Positions 28,895 to 37,783 are shown, counted from the stretch's first letter. The stretch is 64,000 nucleotides of DNA from an uncultured Clostridia bacterium (GCA_910585795.1 CAJUFV010000171.1:8501-72500); one strand, 5' to 3'. The notes: generated by a model not told the origin, from the sequence alone. Translations and numbers: made by a program.

Positions 28895-30631
28895 CTAGTT
28901 ATACTTACTATGGGCAATTGTTAATCCCACTCTGTTTTTCAGCGCGTCCACAATATCCGACGCGCTCGCGCTGATACTTATATTTCTGTTGTCGCTGAAT
29001 GAGCTCTGAGAAATGCTGATTGATTTTATCGCGCTGATAGTCTGCGCGAAAAGCGCGCTTATTGTATTTTCCAGATTGTTGACATCACAATTTACACTGC
29101 TTACTATTCCTTCTATATTCAGTCCTGACTGTTCAATAGTCGCAAGAAGATATTTTTTGTTTTTTTCAACTATGTCATAGCTGTTTTCCAGCAGCGCGAG
29201 TTTTTCACTATGCTCCTTTTGAAGCGCGAGCATTTCCTCCTCGCGTTTTATCTTCTTCATTTCCTCCTGAAGCGATTTGTATTTCTCAACGCCTCTTTCT
29301 GTTACCGCTCCCTTATATATTTCAAGCTGATGAGCGATTTCCGCCTTTGATTCAGCTCTGTCCGTATTTTTCCACTGCTCTTCAAGCGCCTTTTCCTCAT
29401 CCTCATACTGATTTTTTGTGTCCCTTATATAAGCCTTTTGCTTTAAAAGAAGCTCATCCACCTGCGCCATTTTAGCATCATATAAATTAAGTGTGGCCTC
29501 CATCGTATCATCTCTGTATTCCTGCCAGCCTATATGCTTTCCATCAAACATCTGCTGTATACGCTCTATGCTGCGCTCATAAAACTGAACCGGACTGTCT
29601 CCGGCCTCCTGCCAGTCATCATATGTATCTCGGATATTTTTCCAGTTTTTCGCGTCGCTTTTCCATTTCTCATACACGCCGTAACTTTTTTCATTCTCCA
29701 GCTTGCCTATTTTCAGGTCAACACCTGCTTTATATTCATAAAAATCATTCCATATTGCTTTCATTTCATCAGCGCTGTAAAGAGTCGACGCGGCCATCTC
29801 AGACACCATTGCATTATAATTTTCCTTCTGACGCTGATACGCCGCGATTTGCTCATCCACACCGGCGCCGTTTACCTCAACCTGATACTTTATCCACGCG
29901 TCAGAATTCTTTTTATAATCTGAAAGAGCTTCTGCGCTTTCCTGCTTCTGCGCTTTCCATATTTTCTGCTGCGCAGCAAATACTTCCTCCTGAATCTCTT
30001 TCACAACCTCGCTGTCATAGGAAAACTGCTCCATAAGTTCATTCCACCGTGCAAGCTCTTCCACAGGCGACATATTATGCGTCTTCTTATAATGGTTTAA
30101 ATCAGCTTTTTCAAATTCATAGAATTCATTATTTTTACCTCCGGCATAATGCGGTAGACCCATACCCTTCATAATTGCTTTTGTCTCGTCAGCGGTATAA
30201 ACCCTGTCTCCTCCGGACAGCGGTACAATAACATCACGTCCGCTGAACATCATAAGAGAACCGTTATGCTCAACAAGCTCCCTAGGGTCGCTTTTACCTC
30301 TTTCATCATTAATGACGGCAAGGCCTTCATCGGCATTACGCGTACCGCCTGCGAGAGCTGGCATACCCGCAACATTATACCGCACAGAGATTGTAACTGT
30401 CTTATCTGAAATACTGTTGATTTTAGCTCTTGCTGACTCAACTCCCGCGGCTGTATTATCAGCCGCGGTTAAATTAATTTTTGCCTCTTTTCCGCCAAAA
30501 TCCGTCATCACCTTACCGGCAGATGAATTGAGACGCGCTATCGCCGCTTCTGCCGCGCTAAGTGAGCTTAAAAGCCCTGACGCGTCACCGGTTATACTGA
30601 CAGATAAACTGGCCGCCTCTGCCATAATCAT
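28895..30631 (-). CDS. Tail tape measure protein (short, 578 aa)
   Basis: Largest ORF of the cluster and rich in helical/coiled-coil sequence. It lies immediately downstream of the G/GT chaperone pair and upstream of Dit. Confidence 0.75.
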   Translation of the reverse strand: MIMAEAASLSVSITGDASGLLSSLSAAEAAIARLNSSAGKVMTDFGGKEAKINLTAADNTAAGVESARAKINSISDKTVTISVRYNVAGMPALAGGTRNADEGLAVINDERGKSDPRELVEHNGSLMMFSGRDVIVPLSGGDRVYTADETKAIMKGMGLPHYAGGKNNEFYEFEKADLNHYKKTHNMSPVEELARWNELMEQFSYDSEVVKEIQEEVFAAQQKIWKAQKQESAEALSDYKKNSDAWIKYQVEVNGAGVDEQIAAYQRQKENYNAMVSEMAASTLYSADEMKAIWNDFYEYKAGVDLKIGKLENEKSYGVYEKWKSDAKNWKNIRDTYDDWQEAGDSPVQFYERSIERIQQMFDGKHIGWQEYRDDTMEATLNLYDAKMAQVDELLLKQKAYIRDTKNQYEDEEKALEEQWKNTDRAESKAEIAHQLEIYKGAVTERGVEKYKSLQEEMKKIKREEEMLALQKEHSEKLALLENSYDIVEKNKKYLLATIEQSGLNIEGIVSSVNCDVNNLENTISALFAQTISAIKSISISQSSFSDNRNISISASASDIVDALKNRVGLTIAHSKYN

Positions 30632-30858
30632 ACCTCCTCACCGTAAAACATTCTCAAATGCTCATTTTTATATTCCTTCTCCGTATCATCCTCCATAGCG
30701 TCAAGCATACGGAACATAACCCACGGATTTTGTCTGCCCACCTCGTCAGGCAGCAAATGATGGCACTGGAACAAAATAGGATAAATATCTCTCAAAGTGC
30801 CTCTGCCGCCTGACGTCACCCGTTTTTTGCGCTTAGAGCGTCTACATAAAAGCCCCAT
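30628..30858 (-). CDS. Tail assembly chaperone, T-extension ORF (expressed as a G-T fusion by -1 frameshift)
   Basis: This ORF is in the -1 frame relative to the upstream G ORF and overlaps it by 43 nt. It has no independent RBS, and its stop overlaps the tape measure start. Confidence 0.6.
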   Translation of the reverse strand: MGLLCRRSKRKKRVTSGGRGTLRDIYPILFQCHHLLPDEVGRQNPWVMFRMLDAMEDDTEKEYKNEHLRMFYGEEV

Positions 30859-31085
30859 AACTCAATGCACATCTTTGCTCTTTCGCCTATATCCAGACTG
30901 TCAATAATATCCTGTGTGGCTTCTGTCCCCTCAAACATATAATCCACCGCTTCACGGCAGATATTCAAAGGACCGTTTTTTTTATCGTCATTATGCGCGT
31001 CATTTATAATACACATAGCCTCAAAATCGAACGGCTTTGAAATATATTTCTGTTTATCTTTTGTAAATGTCAATGTGTGCTGCAT
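30816..31085 (-). CDS. Tail assembly chaperone (gpG-like)
   Basis: 89-aa acidic protein lying between the major tail gene and the tape measure gene. It carries the slippery site at its 3' end. Confidence 0.75.
   Translation of the reverse strand: MQHTLTFTKDKQKYISKPFDFEAMCIINDAHNDDKKNGPLNICREAVDYMFEGTEATQDIIDSLDIGERAKMCIELWGFYVDALSAKNG
30822..30828 (-). promoter_or_regulatory. Programmed -1 ribosomal frameshift slippery heptamer A_AAA_AAC
   Basis: The minus strand reads gcA AAA AAC ggg tga in the G frame. A -1 slip gives aaa aaa cgg gtg acg, which is the T frame. The site is 2 codons before the G stop. Confidence 0.65.
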
Positions 31086-31143
31086 ATTTTTCTCCTTTGT
31101 TTCTTATTACTAATTATTATCTAAAGTATAATGTTATTTTTAT

Positions 31144-31168
31144 CAGGCGCGGTCACTGACCGCACCTG
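31144..31168 (-). other. Intercistronic RNA hairpin after the major tail protein gene
   Basis: On the minus strand, caggtgcgg / ccgcgcctg forms a 9-bp stem including one G-U pair that is valid only in the minus-strand transcript. The loop is 7 nt. There is no U-tract. Confidence 0.4.
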
Positions 31169-31197
31169 TAATTGCAAATATAATCAATAATTTTATC

Positions 31198-31797
31198 TTA
31201 CTGTACTTCCGGATAATAGTTCATATCCGTAAACCAGTTTTCCTCAAAGCTCTCTCTTGAAATCCCCTCAGGCAGGTCGCTTTCGTCAAAGTACGCGTAA
31301 TAATTATTATCAAAATCACGCTGAAGAGCCGTATATGTCGCTTTAGCCGTCTGTCTGTCAATACTTCCATTGGACGGTTTTGTTTTACCGCCCACATTTG
31401 AAGCAAAGCTGTATGAGCCTTTATAATATCTAACATAACGGTATGAACCGTCCGACTTTAATATTCTCCACGCAACGCCAAAGTAAACCGTCTTTGTATC
31501 GTTGCCCACCTCAACAACGCCATTTTTCTGTGTAAGACCTCTCCACATTGCGTCAACCTCAGGCGGAATGTCAGCGTTTGTTATATCATGTCCAAGCTTT
31601 TCAATATAGCTTGTTGTCTCATACGCGCCGTTATCCGCGTCAAACACGTCAGCTCCGCCGGCGTCTGTCGGCGTAATCTCGACAGTTCCCTTTAGGTTGT
31701 AGGCCTCGCCGTACTGAACGCCGCTTTCCGCGTCAGACATCAGTTTAAAAAATGTATACTTGTCCACACCGATTGTAGGTAATGGTCTTTTAATCAT
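31198..31797 (-). CDS. Major tail protein (phi13/TP901-1-like family)
   Basis: 199 aa with N-terminal GVDKYTFFKLMSDAESGVQYGEAYNLKGTVEITPT, typical of the phi13-family major tail proteins of non-contractile tails. Confidence 0.85.
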   Translation of the reverse strand: MIKRPLPTIGVDKYTFFKLMSDAESGVQYGEAYNLKGTVEITPTDAGGADVFDADNGAYETTSYIEKLGHDITNADIPPEVDAMWRGLTQKNGVVEVGNDTKTVYFGVAWRILKSDGSYRYVRYYKGSYSFASNVGGKTKPSNGSIDRQTAKATYTALQRDFDNNYYAYFDESDLPEGISRESFEENWFTDMNYYPEVQ

Positions 31798-31859
31798 ATA
31801 TTCTTCCTCCGTTTATTATTTTTTTGTCTTAAGTAATTTTTAAAGCGTTTTAAGTTCAT

Positions 31860-32207
31860 TTATAAAGTAAAGTACTTTTGAAATCTCATTGTTCTGTGAT
31901 AAACCTTTTCATTTCTTTTGGGAACATCCATAGACATCTCCCTCGTCCAGCCGTCTTTCTCCATTACACTATTCACCCGCACAGAAATATCAGCACATTC
32001 TTTAGGAACCGCTGACCATATATCAACCTGTACATAGCCGTTTTGTATACACTCGCTGTTATCCGCATAAAAAGCGCCTTTTTCTTTAAGATTATAATAG
32101 CTTATAACCGGCAGTCTGTTAAATGCTTCCGGATACTGATATACAACCTTGCAGTTAAGCTCTGAAAGTGTTCTTTGGGCTTCAGTATTTATATCAATCA
32201 TAAGCAA
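31860..32207 (-). CDS. Tail terminator / tail completion protein (positional call)
   Basis: 115-aa ORF between the HK97 gp10-like gene and the major tail gene. Size and position fit a tail terminator. I recognised no decisive motif. Confidence 0.5.
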   Translation of the reverse strand: MLMIDINTEAQRTLSELNCKVVYQYPEAFNRLPVISYYNLKEKGAFYADNSECIQNGYVQVDIWSAVPKECADISVRVNSVMEKDGWTREMSMDVPKRNEKVYHRTMRFQKYFTL

Positions 32208-32214
32208 GTCCTCC

Positions 32215-32550
32215 TTAAATATCAGTTATTGCCTGAGCCATAGCCTCAAGCACTGCCGCTTCACTATCTATAAGAGACGGAATCAGATACGGCTGCGGAG
32301 ACATTTTCGAGGTACCGAATTCAACATATGCGGCATAATCTGTGTCTGCGTAAATTTCCGCTCTTCTGCCGTCACATTCCGCTCCTATTGACTCTCTAAG
32401 TGTTCCGGTATCAACAGGACATGCCGCTTTCGCATTATCACATACACACTGCGCTCCCGCGGCAATGATTGTTTCTATACTTTCTGATAATCTCGCGGAT
32501 ACCTCAGATAAACCCCCGTCATATGTAATATCAATGCCCATCCTCAACAC
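32215..32550 (-). CDS. HK97 gp10-family head-tail joining protein
   Basis: VDTGTLRESI ... YAAYVEFGTSKMSPQPYLIPSL matches the HK97 gp10 family signature. Confidence 0.8.
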   Translation of the reverse strand: MLRMGIDITYDGGLSEVSARLSESIETIIAAGAQCVCDNAKAACPVDTGTLRESIGAECDGRRAEIYADTDYAAYVEFGTSKMSPQPYLIPSLIDSEAAVLEAMAQAITDI

Positions 32551-32851
32551 CTCTCATCACTGCGGTAAGACCTAAACGACATTTGTCACTTCTTACAATT
32601 CTATACCAGTCTCCGCTGAACAAAACATATCTTCCAGCTATTAAAATATCATTTTTATCCGTAAATATTTTATAAGCCTTGTTTTCCGCAAAGCCGTATT
32701 CACTGCTTTCCATATCTCCTCCACAATGCTGTACATCACACGCGATTGTCCCGATAAAATTTTTTTCGCCTTTTCTTTCGTATGTGTTTTCTTCTGCCTC
32801 ATACACGTTTATTTCGGTATCATAAAATCTGTTAAACGGATTCATTGTCAC
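32531..32851 (-). CDS. Head closure / head-tail adaptor protein
   Basis: 106 aa ending in a WYRIVRSD-type motif common in phage head-tail adaptor (gp16/gp7-like) proteins. It overlaps both neighbouring genes. Confidence 0.7.
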   Translation of the reverse strand: MTMNPFNRFYDTEINVYEAEENTYERKGEKNFIGTIACDVQHCGGDMESSEYGFAENKAYKIFTDKNDILIAGRYVLFSGDWYRIVRSDKCRLGLTAVMRGVEDGH

Positions 32852-33200
32852 TCTCCTTTACAGCAATATCGGACGGCAGCTTTACATTCCTTGACACAAA
32901 AGGCTTAAGACGCTCCGCGTATTCACTCAAAAAATTATTTTTTCCTTCCGCATATTCCACACGTCTTTCTCCCTCTGTAACAGATTTTACACCCTCCCGC
33001 ATATTCAGCCGATAGCGCTCGGCAGTAAGCGTAGGAATAAGGCTGACAAGCGTACGAGGAAGCACATCAAGACGACAGTACGAAAGTACAGCGTTCACAG
33101 TATCATCAATCAGAAGCATAAGCAATTCATCATTTTTTTCATCTTTTATTTCCAGAAGCGTTTTCGCCGCATCAAGAATTTCTATTTTAGTGTCCTCCAC
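32832..33200 (-). CDS. gp6-like head-tail connector protein
   Basis: 122 aa with N-terminal AKTLLEIKDEKNDELLMLLIDDTVNAVLSYCRL, typical of the Phage_connect_1/gp6-like family. It lies directly after the capsid gene. Confidence 0.75.
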   Translation of the reverse strand: MEDTKIEILDAAKTLLEIKDEKNDELLMLLIDDTVNAVLSYCRLDVLPRTLVSLIPTLTAERYRLNMREGVKSVTEGERRVEYAEGKNNFLSEYAERLKPFVSRNVKLPSDIAVKESDNESV

Positions 33201-33223
33201 AATTCACACAGCCTTTCTTTTTA

Positions 33224-34084
33224 TTACGCGCCGGTAGCTTTTGAAGCCTCTGAAGTGCCTGCCGAGGCCGTACTTTTAAACACATAAATTGATTTTTTCT
33301 TATTATTGAGCACGAATGCGTCATAATACACTCTTCCCTCTACAAGCCAGCCATTTATTCCGGGAGGGTTATCATGAATTTTATACTCAGACAGCTTTAC
33401 CGGAGATGTTGTGGCAGCCTGATTTACTATAATAAGCTCAACACCCTCAGGGAAATATGACGAAGGAACAATAACAACTGGAATACCGTCAACAGTACCC
33501 ACCTGACCCTTTATAAGCATTTCCTGCGACATATCGCCGTTTCTTATAAAGCTTGAGTCCTCCTTAATATTTTTATAAAAACTTGGAGATACAAACGCGC
33601 AGCATCCCGCAAGCGGAACATTCTCTTCAATAAGCGCGGCTGTTCCTGTAAGGAATATATCATATGCCGTTGTTTTTGACACTGTTCCCGTAGCTGTAGT
33701 TCCCGCGCCGGCACAAATTTTTTCAAAACGATACTTGTCAATCTCAGGTATAACCACCTCGCGGAGTTGTCTCTGGAGAGCCGCCCCCGCCGCGTTTGAC
33801 ATCTGCGTATCATTATATGTCCCCCTGTCAATTGTAAATGTAAAACTCCTGTCCTGCGACATTGTCATTTCCTGTATAGTATTGTCCAGCTCCTGCGGAG
33901 TTCCGTAGCGACTTGTTCCGCTTACGGAATAATCATTCATCTTAGCCGTAGGAACACTGTATACATTAACTGTTTTCGCACCGACAAAATCATAATCATT
34001 ATTTACTGCCTGTGAAGTCATTGATTCTCTGGCAAATTTTTCGTCAATTTTCTGAGCATATTTGCTTGCATAGTTTATAGCCAT
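33224..34084 (-). CDS. Major capsid protein
   Basis: 286-aa ORF immediately after the scaffold gene, preceded by a strong RBS region. Its composition and position are typical of SPP1-like, protease-less head modules. Confidence 0.8.
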   Translation of the reverse strand: MAINYASKYAQKIDEKFARESMTSQAVNNDYDFVGAKTVNVYSVPTAKMNDYSVSGTSRYGTPQELDNTIQEMTMSQDRSFTFTIDRGTYNDTQMSNAAGAALQRQLREVVIPEIDKYRFEKICAGAGTTATGTVSKTTAYDIFLTGTAALIEENVPLAGCCAFVSPSFYKNIKEDSSFIRNGDMSQEMLIKGQVGTVDGIPVVIVPSSYFPEGVELIIVNQAATTSPVKLSEYKIHDNPPGINGWLVEGRVYYDAFVLNNKKKSIYVFKSTASAGTSEASKATGA

Positions 34085-34111
34085 TATATTTTCATCCTTT
34101 CCGTATATAAA

Positions 34112-34675
34112 TTACATTCCGAGTCCTGTTAAAAATGGGTCACCCGCTTGTTCGCTTTCTCTCGAAACACGCGGCGGATTTCCTTTTAGTCTGTGGGAAA
34201 GTCCGTCTTCAATCGCTTTCATGTATTCCGCCTTGAAAATGCTGATGTTTTCCATCATAACCTCTTTGTCATTATCAGCAATCATTCCCGCAAAGCTTAC
34301 AGGAAGATTCTGAGCAGCAAGCTCCTTAGCCGCTTCAAATTCAGCTCTTTCACTCATATACTGCTGTCTTTCTGTCTCAAAATTCTTCTCTCTTTTATCC
34401 ATTTCAGCTCTGGCCCTTTCCTCTGACGACATAGTCGCCAGCTTTGCGGCCTCCTCGCGTTCAGAGCTTATTCTAGCTTCAAAATCCTTTTCCCATAAGC
34501 CTCTTTCATTCTTAACAGCCTCACTGACATATTTTTCAATAAGTGATTTTAACTCGTTGTTTTTATGTCCCCCATTATTCTCGGAAGCATTATTTTTCTC
34601 TTTTTCATTTTCTTTAAGATTATTTAGTGTCCCTTTATTTTTTCTTTCGTTCATTTTTTCTGTAACTCCTTTCAT
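34112..34675 (-). CDS. Scaffolding protein (DUF4355-like)
   Basis: 187 aa, highly charged and helical (EREEAAKLATMSSEERARAEMDKREKNFETERQQY). It sits between the portal and capsid genes. Confidence 0.75.
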   Translation of the reverse strand: MKGVTEKMNERKNKGTLNNLKENEKEKNNASENNGGHKNNELKSLIEKYVSEAVKNERGLWEKDFEARISSEREEAAKLATMSSEERARAEMDKREKNFETERQQYMSERAEFEAAKELAAQNLPVSFAGMIADNDKEVMMENISIFKAEYMKAIEDGLSHRLKGNPPRVSRESEQAGDPFLTGLGM

Positions 34676-34709
34676 AAAACATCACAGCGTAAAATATTTT
34701 AGCGTCCCC

Positions 34710-36023
34710 TTACTCTGACGCGGCATTCATATTTTCATTTAGCATGCGTTCCTTTGAAGCAAGCTGCGCTTCCTCCTTAGGGTCGCCGACAAATGAAAGC
34801 TGTGAAAGCAGTGTCTCGCTTGTGGCAATCCCTGACAGATTGCGTATCATCTGTGAAACCTCAAGCTCGTTAACCGGCAGATTTCTTGTAAACACAACGT
34901 CAATCCTGTGCATCGGAACGTATTCCATCGCGCCCTTTAGTGAAAGAAAATTCACATACAGCTCAAAGCGTCTTTTCAGTGATTTTGTAAAATACCGCTC
35001 CTTATTTCTCACATGCTGCTCAAAGCCCATAAGCTTATATTTTATCGCCACACCCGATAAATTTGTTCCAAAGGTTTGTTCTGTAAGGTCCGGTATCATT
35101 GAAAAACGATGTATATCCATTTTAAGACTGTTTTTCAGCACCTCAATATCACTTTCAGACATAACCTTTGACAAATATCTTGCGTCCGCGCCTTCATAAC
35201 CCATAAGTATTCGTTCCTCACGCAGCTTTCTGGCCTGCTCGCTGTCAATATCAATATTAGTCAGAAATAAAAACGCGTCCACAAACTGTTCTTTATCGTT
35301 CACTCTGTCTGACTCCAGAATATTATAGGCGTCTATAAGAGGAATAAGCTGTTCAAAATCCCCCTGCCTCTCCTCGTTATTACGATACTCCACAAGCGGC
35401 ATAGCTCCGAAATAATGACGCTGCTTTTCCGCAAGACGCATATTCGAGAAGCTGTCGGTATCGTTTTCATATGTATAAATCATATTTGCATCGCAGACAA
35501 CACAGCATACTCCGGTAATATTTCCGTCAATATCACGCTTTCTGTAATAATGTATGCCGTAAAGAGGCATTTCGCCAACACCCGCTCCATACACGATAAA
35601 TGTGTTAGTCGGAGGCAGAGACACACTTTTAGGCTGCGACATATCATCCGCGCATATCAGTTCATATGCTTTACCGTAAATGCTCATATTTTTTTCAAGC
35701 TCGGCGTCAATGCTTGCCATATCCTGAACGGAAAAGCTATTCTTAACCGCCTCAATATCATACCCGTCGGAACAGGTATATGAAACAGGATTACCCACAA
35801 GATAGCTTTTCGCAATATCAACTATATATTTTGCATGATTGCATACTACCCTGTTATTTGCGACAGCTCCGCTGTAACGCCGGCGTTCGCATATAGCATG
35901 CTTTCCTATATAATAATTATATAATTTTTCATATCGCTCCTGCTCCAGAGCATGCCTTGAAATCAGCTTGGCAAGTATTGTACCGGTAATACCGTCCTTT
36001 AGAATTTCTTCATCAATAATCAT
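34710..36023 (-). CDS. Portal protein (SPP1 gp6-like family)
   Basis: 437 aa with blocks such as YYIGKHAI, NHAKYIVDIAKSYLVGNPVSY and GVAIKYKLMGFE. It follows the large terminase gene. Confidence 0.9.
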   Translation of the reverse strand: MIIDEEILKDGITGTILAKLISRHALEQERYEKLYNYYIGKHAICERRRYSGAVANNRVVCNHAKYIVDIAKSYLVGNPVSYTCSDGYDIEAVKNSFSVQDMASIDAELEKNMSIYGKAYELICADDMSQPKSVSLPPTNTFIVYGAGVGEMPLYGIHYYRKRDIDGNITGVCCVVCDANMIYTYENDTDSFSNMRLAEKQRHYFGAMPLVEYRNNEERQGDFEQLIPLIDAYNILESDRVNDKEQFVDAFLFLTNIDIDSEQARKLREERILMGYEGADARYLSKVMSESDIEVLKNSLKMDIHRFSMIPDLTEQTFGTNLSGVAIKYKLMGFEQHVRNKERYFTKSLKRRFELYVNFLSLKGAMEYVPMHRIDVVFTRNLPVNELEVSQMIRNLSGIATSETLLSQLSFVGDPKEEAQLASKERMLNENMNAASE

Positions 36024-36051
36024 TTGTACATTCCTTTCTGTAAACTTAATA

Positions 36052-37329
36052 CTATATGTTCAGTTCACTTCTTTTGATAATTCTTGCTTTTCTGTGATTA
36101 ATTTCCTCTTCCAGCGCGTAACGCACGGCATCAATAGTATGATTGTTTTTATCGGGATAATCTGACCTGAATTCACCGTCTGTACCGCGCTCAAGCTCAT
36201 ACTCAGAAAACTCTCTTGCCGCATTTGGACATGTGACAGGGTCAATAATAATTTTCCTGAGTCCCTGCAAAAAATGTATTCCGTACTCAATACTGTCAGG
36301 ACCTTTTTTAGCGCCTCTTGCTCTAAGTCCAAATGACCTTAAATCATTTATACTCTTCGGCTCCGCGCTGTCACAAATAATTATCCTGTCTGTAAAGGCT
36401 TTTTCATAGATTTTTTCCGCGGCCGCGCTGTTGCTCATTCCCTTCGCGTAAATTTCGTCCAGAATAAATAAAACATCGTTATGAAAATAACATACCATAT
36501 ATACAAAGGGGTCAGCCGCAAATCCAAAATCTATTCCGCATTTCACATTATCAAACATATTTCTTTCAGAATCCGTAATTTCGCGTATATCAAGATTATC
36601 AAAAATCTCTCCGCCGGTACCTGTAACTTCACCGAGATATTCATGCCTGTACCTATCAGGATATAACTTTTTTAGATACTCTGCTTCCAAAAAAAATTGT
36701 TCTCCCAGCCACTTACGAGGCACATCAAGGTAAGTACTTTTATGTATAAGCATATCGTCTCTTTCATTAAGAGCTTCACGATTCACCCAGCTGCGACGGT
36801 TTTGAGGAGGATTATATGAATAGAAAACAGTATATTTTTCACCGCCGCGCATCATTGATTGATTAATTGAGCGAATTTCTCTCATTCCGTAAAATTCGTC
36901 CAGCTCCTCATACCAGATATATCTTATATAACCGTTTGTTACCTTTGTTGACTTTAGCTTCTGCACCTTATCCGCACCGCGGAACAAAATTTTCTGTCCC
37001 GTTTTTTTATAAATCATTTCAGGGATGCTGGGTTTTATATCCCATAAATCTGATACTCCCAGCTTTTCTATAGCCCATTCCAGCTGTGCGAACACGCTGT
37101 CACGCAGATATGCTCCTACCTTTCTCAAGGCAACAGCATTTGTAAGAGGATTTTTCATTATTCCGAGGATAATTTCAATACTGACAAAGCTTGATTTTGT
37201 CGACCCTCGTCCGCCGCAAAGCCAGAAATGCGTATAATCCTCTATAGACATATGTACTGTATAAAAGGCAGGCGCAATAATCAAATCAAGACTGCGTTTT
37301 TCTGATTTTTTCCGCAATGTTATCCACAA
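36052..37329 (-). CDS. Terminase large subunit (PBSX/Terminase_3-like)
   Basis: Walker A CGGRGSTKSS, Walker B-like IWYEELDEF, and C-terminal nuclease blocks (GIDFGFAADP, HTIDAVRYAL). The start is uncertain (TTG 37329 or a downstream TTG). The ORF overlaps the TerS fragment by up to 44 nt. Confidence 0.9.
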   Translation of the reverse strand: MWITLRKKSEKRSLDLIIAPAFYTVHMSIEDYTHFWLCGGRGSTKSSFVSIEIILGIMKNPLTNAVALRKVGAYLRDSVFAQLEWAIEKLGVSDLWDIKPSIPEMIYKKTGQKILFRGADKVQKLKSTKVTNGYIRYIWYEELDEFYGMREIRSINQSMMRGGEKYTVFYSYNPPQNRRSWVNREALNERDDMLIHKSTYLDVPRKWLGEQFFLEAEYLKKLYPDRYRHEYLGEVTGTGGEIFDNLDIREITDSERNMFDNVKCGIDFGFAADPFVYMVCYFHNDVLFILDEIYAKGMSNSAAAEKIYEKAFTDRIIICDSAEPKSINDLRSFGLRARGAKKGPDSIEYGIHFLQGLRKIIIDPVTCPNAAREFSEYELERGTDGEFRSDYPDKNNHTIDAVRYALEEEINHRKARIIKRSELNI

Positions 37330-37543
37330 TCACAACATCACTGACTTCATTCTGATGTCTGTCTCCAAACATTCCGTAATACTTGCCCAGAAGCTCCGCC
37401 GCCTTAAAGGAATCAGAAAATTTTATATTTTCCTCGGCATAGCCCTCCTGCCGCATTACATCAGTAAAAAACTCCAGAATTTCTTTTTCATCAGCAATAG
37501 TTATAATTATCATTCCTTTCATTGTAATAAAGAAATAAAACAC
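37286..37543 (-). CDS. Small terminase fragment: C-terminal half of a Terminase_2-type TerS, N-terminal HTH domain absent
   Basis: ADEKEILEFFTDVMRQEGYAEE...SFKAAELLGKYYGMFGDR matches the conserved core/C-terminal motif (..ELLGK..GMF..) of Terminase_2 small subunits. The ORF has at most 85 codons and no convincing SD for any of its candidate starts. Confidence 0.55.
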   Translation of the reverse strand: MFYFFITMKGMIIITIADEKEILEFFTDVMRQEGYAEENIKFSDSFKAAELLGKYYGMFGDRHQNEVSDVVIVDNIAEKIRKTQS

Positions 37544-37582
37544 CGTAATCTAATACACAGTTCATTTTCATATCACTTCCTT

Positions 37583-37783
37583 TTAAAATAAAACATCTGT
37601 CCTGTACACACATTCACTGCAGCCTATACATTCCTCATCCTCATCCATATAATAGAATTCAGGCGTTTCAGCTTTGCATACAGGACATACGCTTACATGT
37701 CTGTCATCACAGCTTCCGTAATTTTCCGTACGCTCCATTTCCATTGCAAGAAGCGCCATCGGGTCATCATTTGTATAAATCAT
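37583..37783 (-). CDS. Small Cys-rich zinc-ribbon protein, first gene of the late operon
   Basis: 66 aa with CPVCKAE...CIGCSEC (two CxxC pairs). A strong RBS (GAAAGGAG) lies 5 nt upstream of the ATG. Confidence 0.55.
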   Translation of the reverse strand: MIYTNDDPMALLAMEMERTENYGSCDDRHVSVCPVCKAETPEFYYMDEDEECIGCSECVYRTDVLF

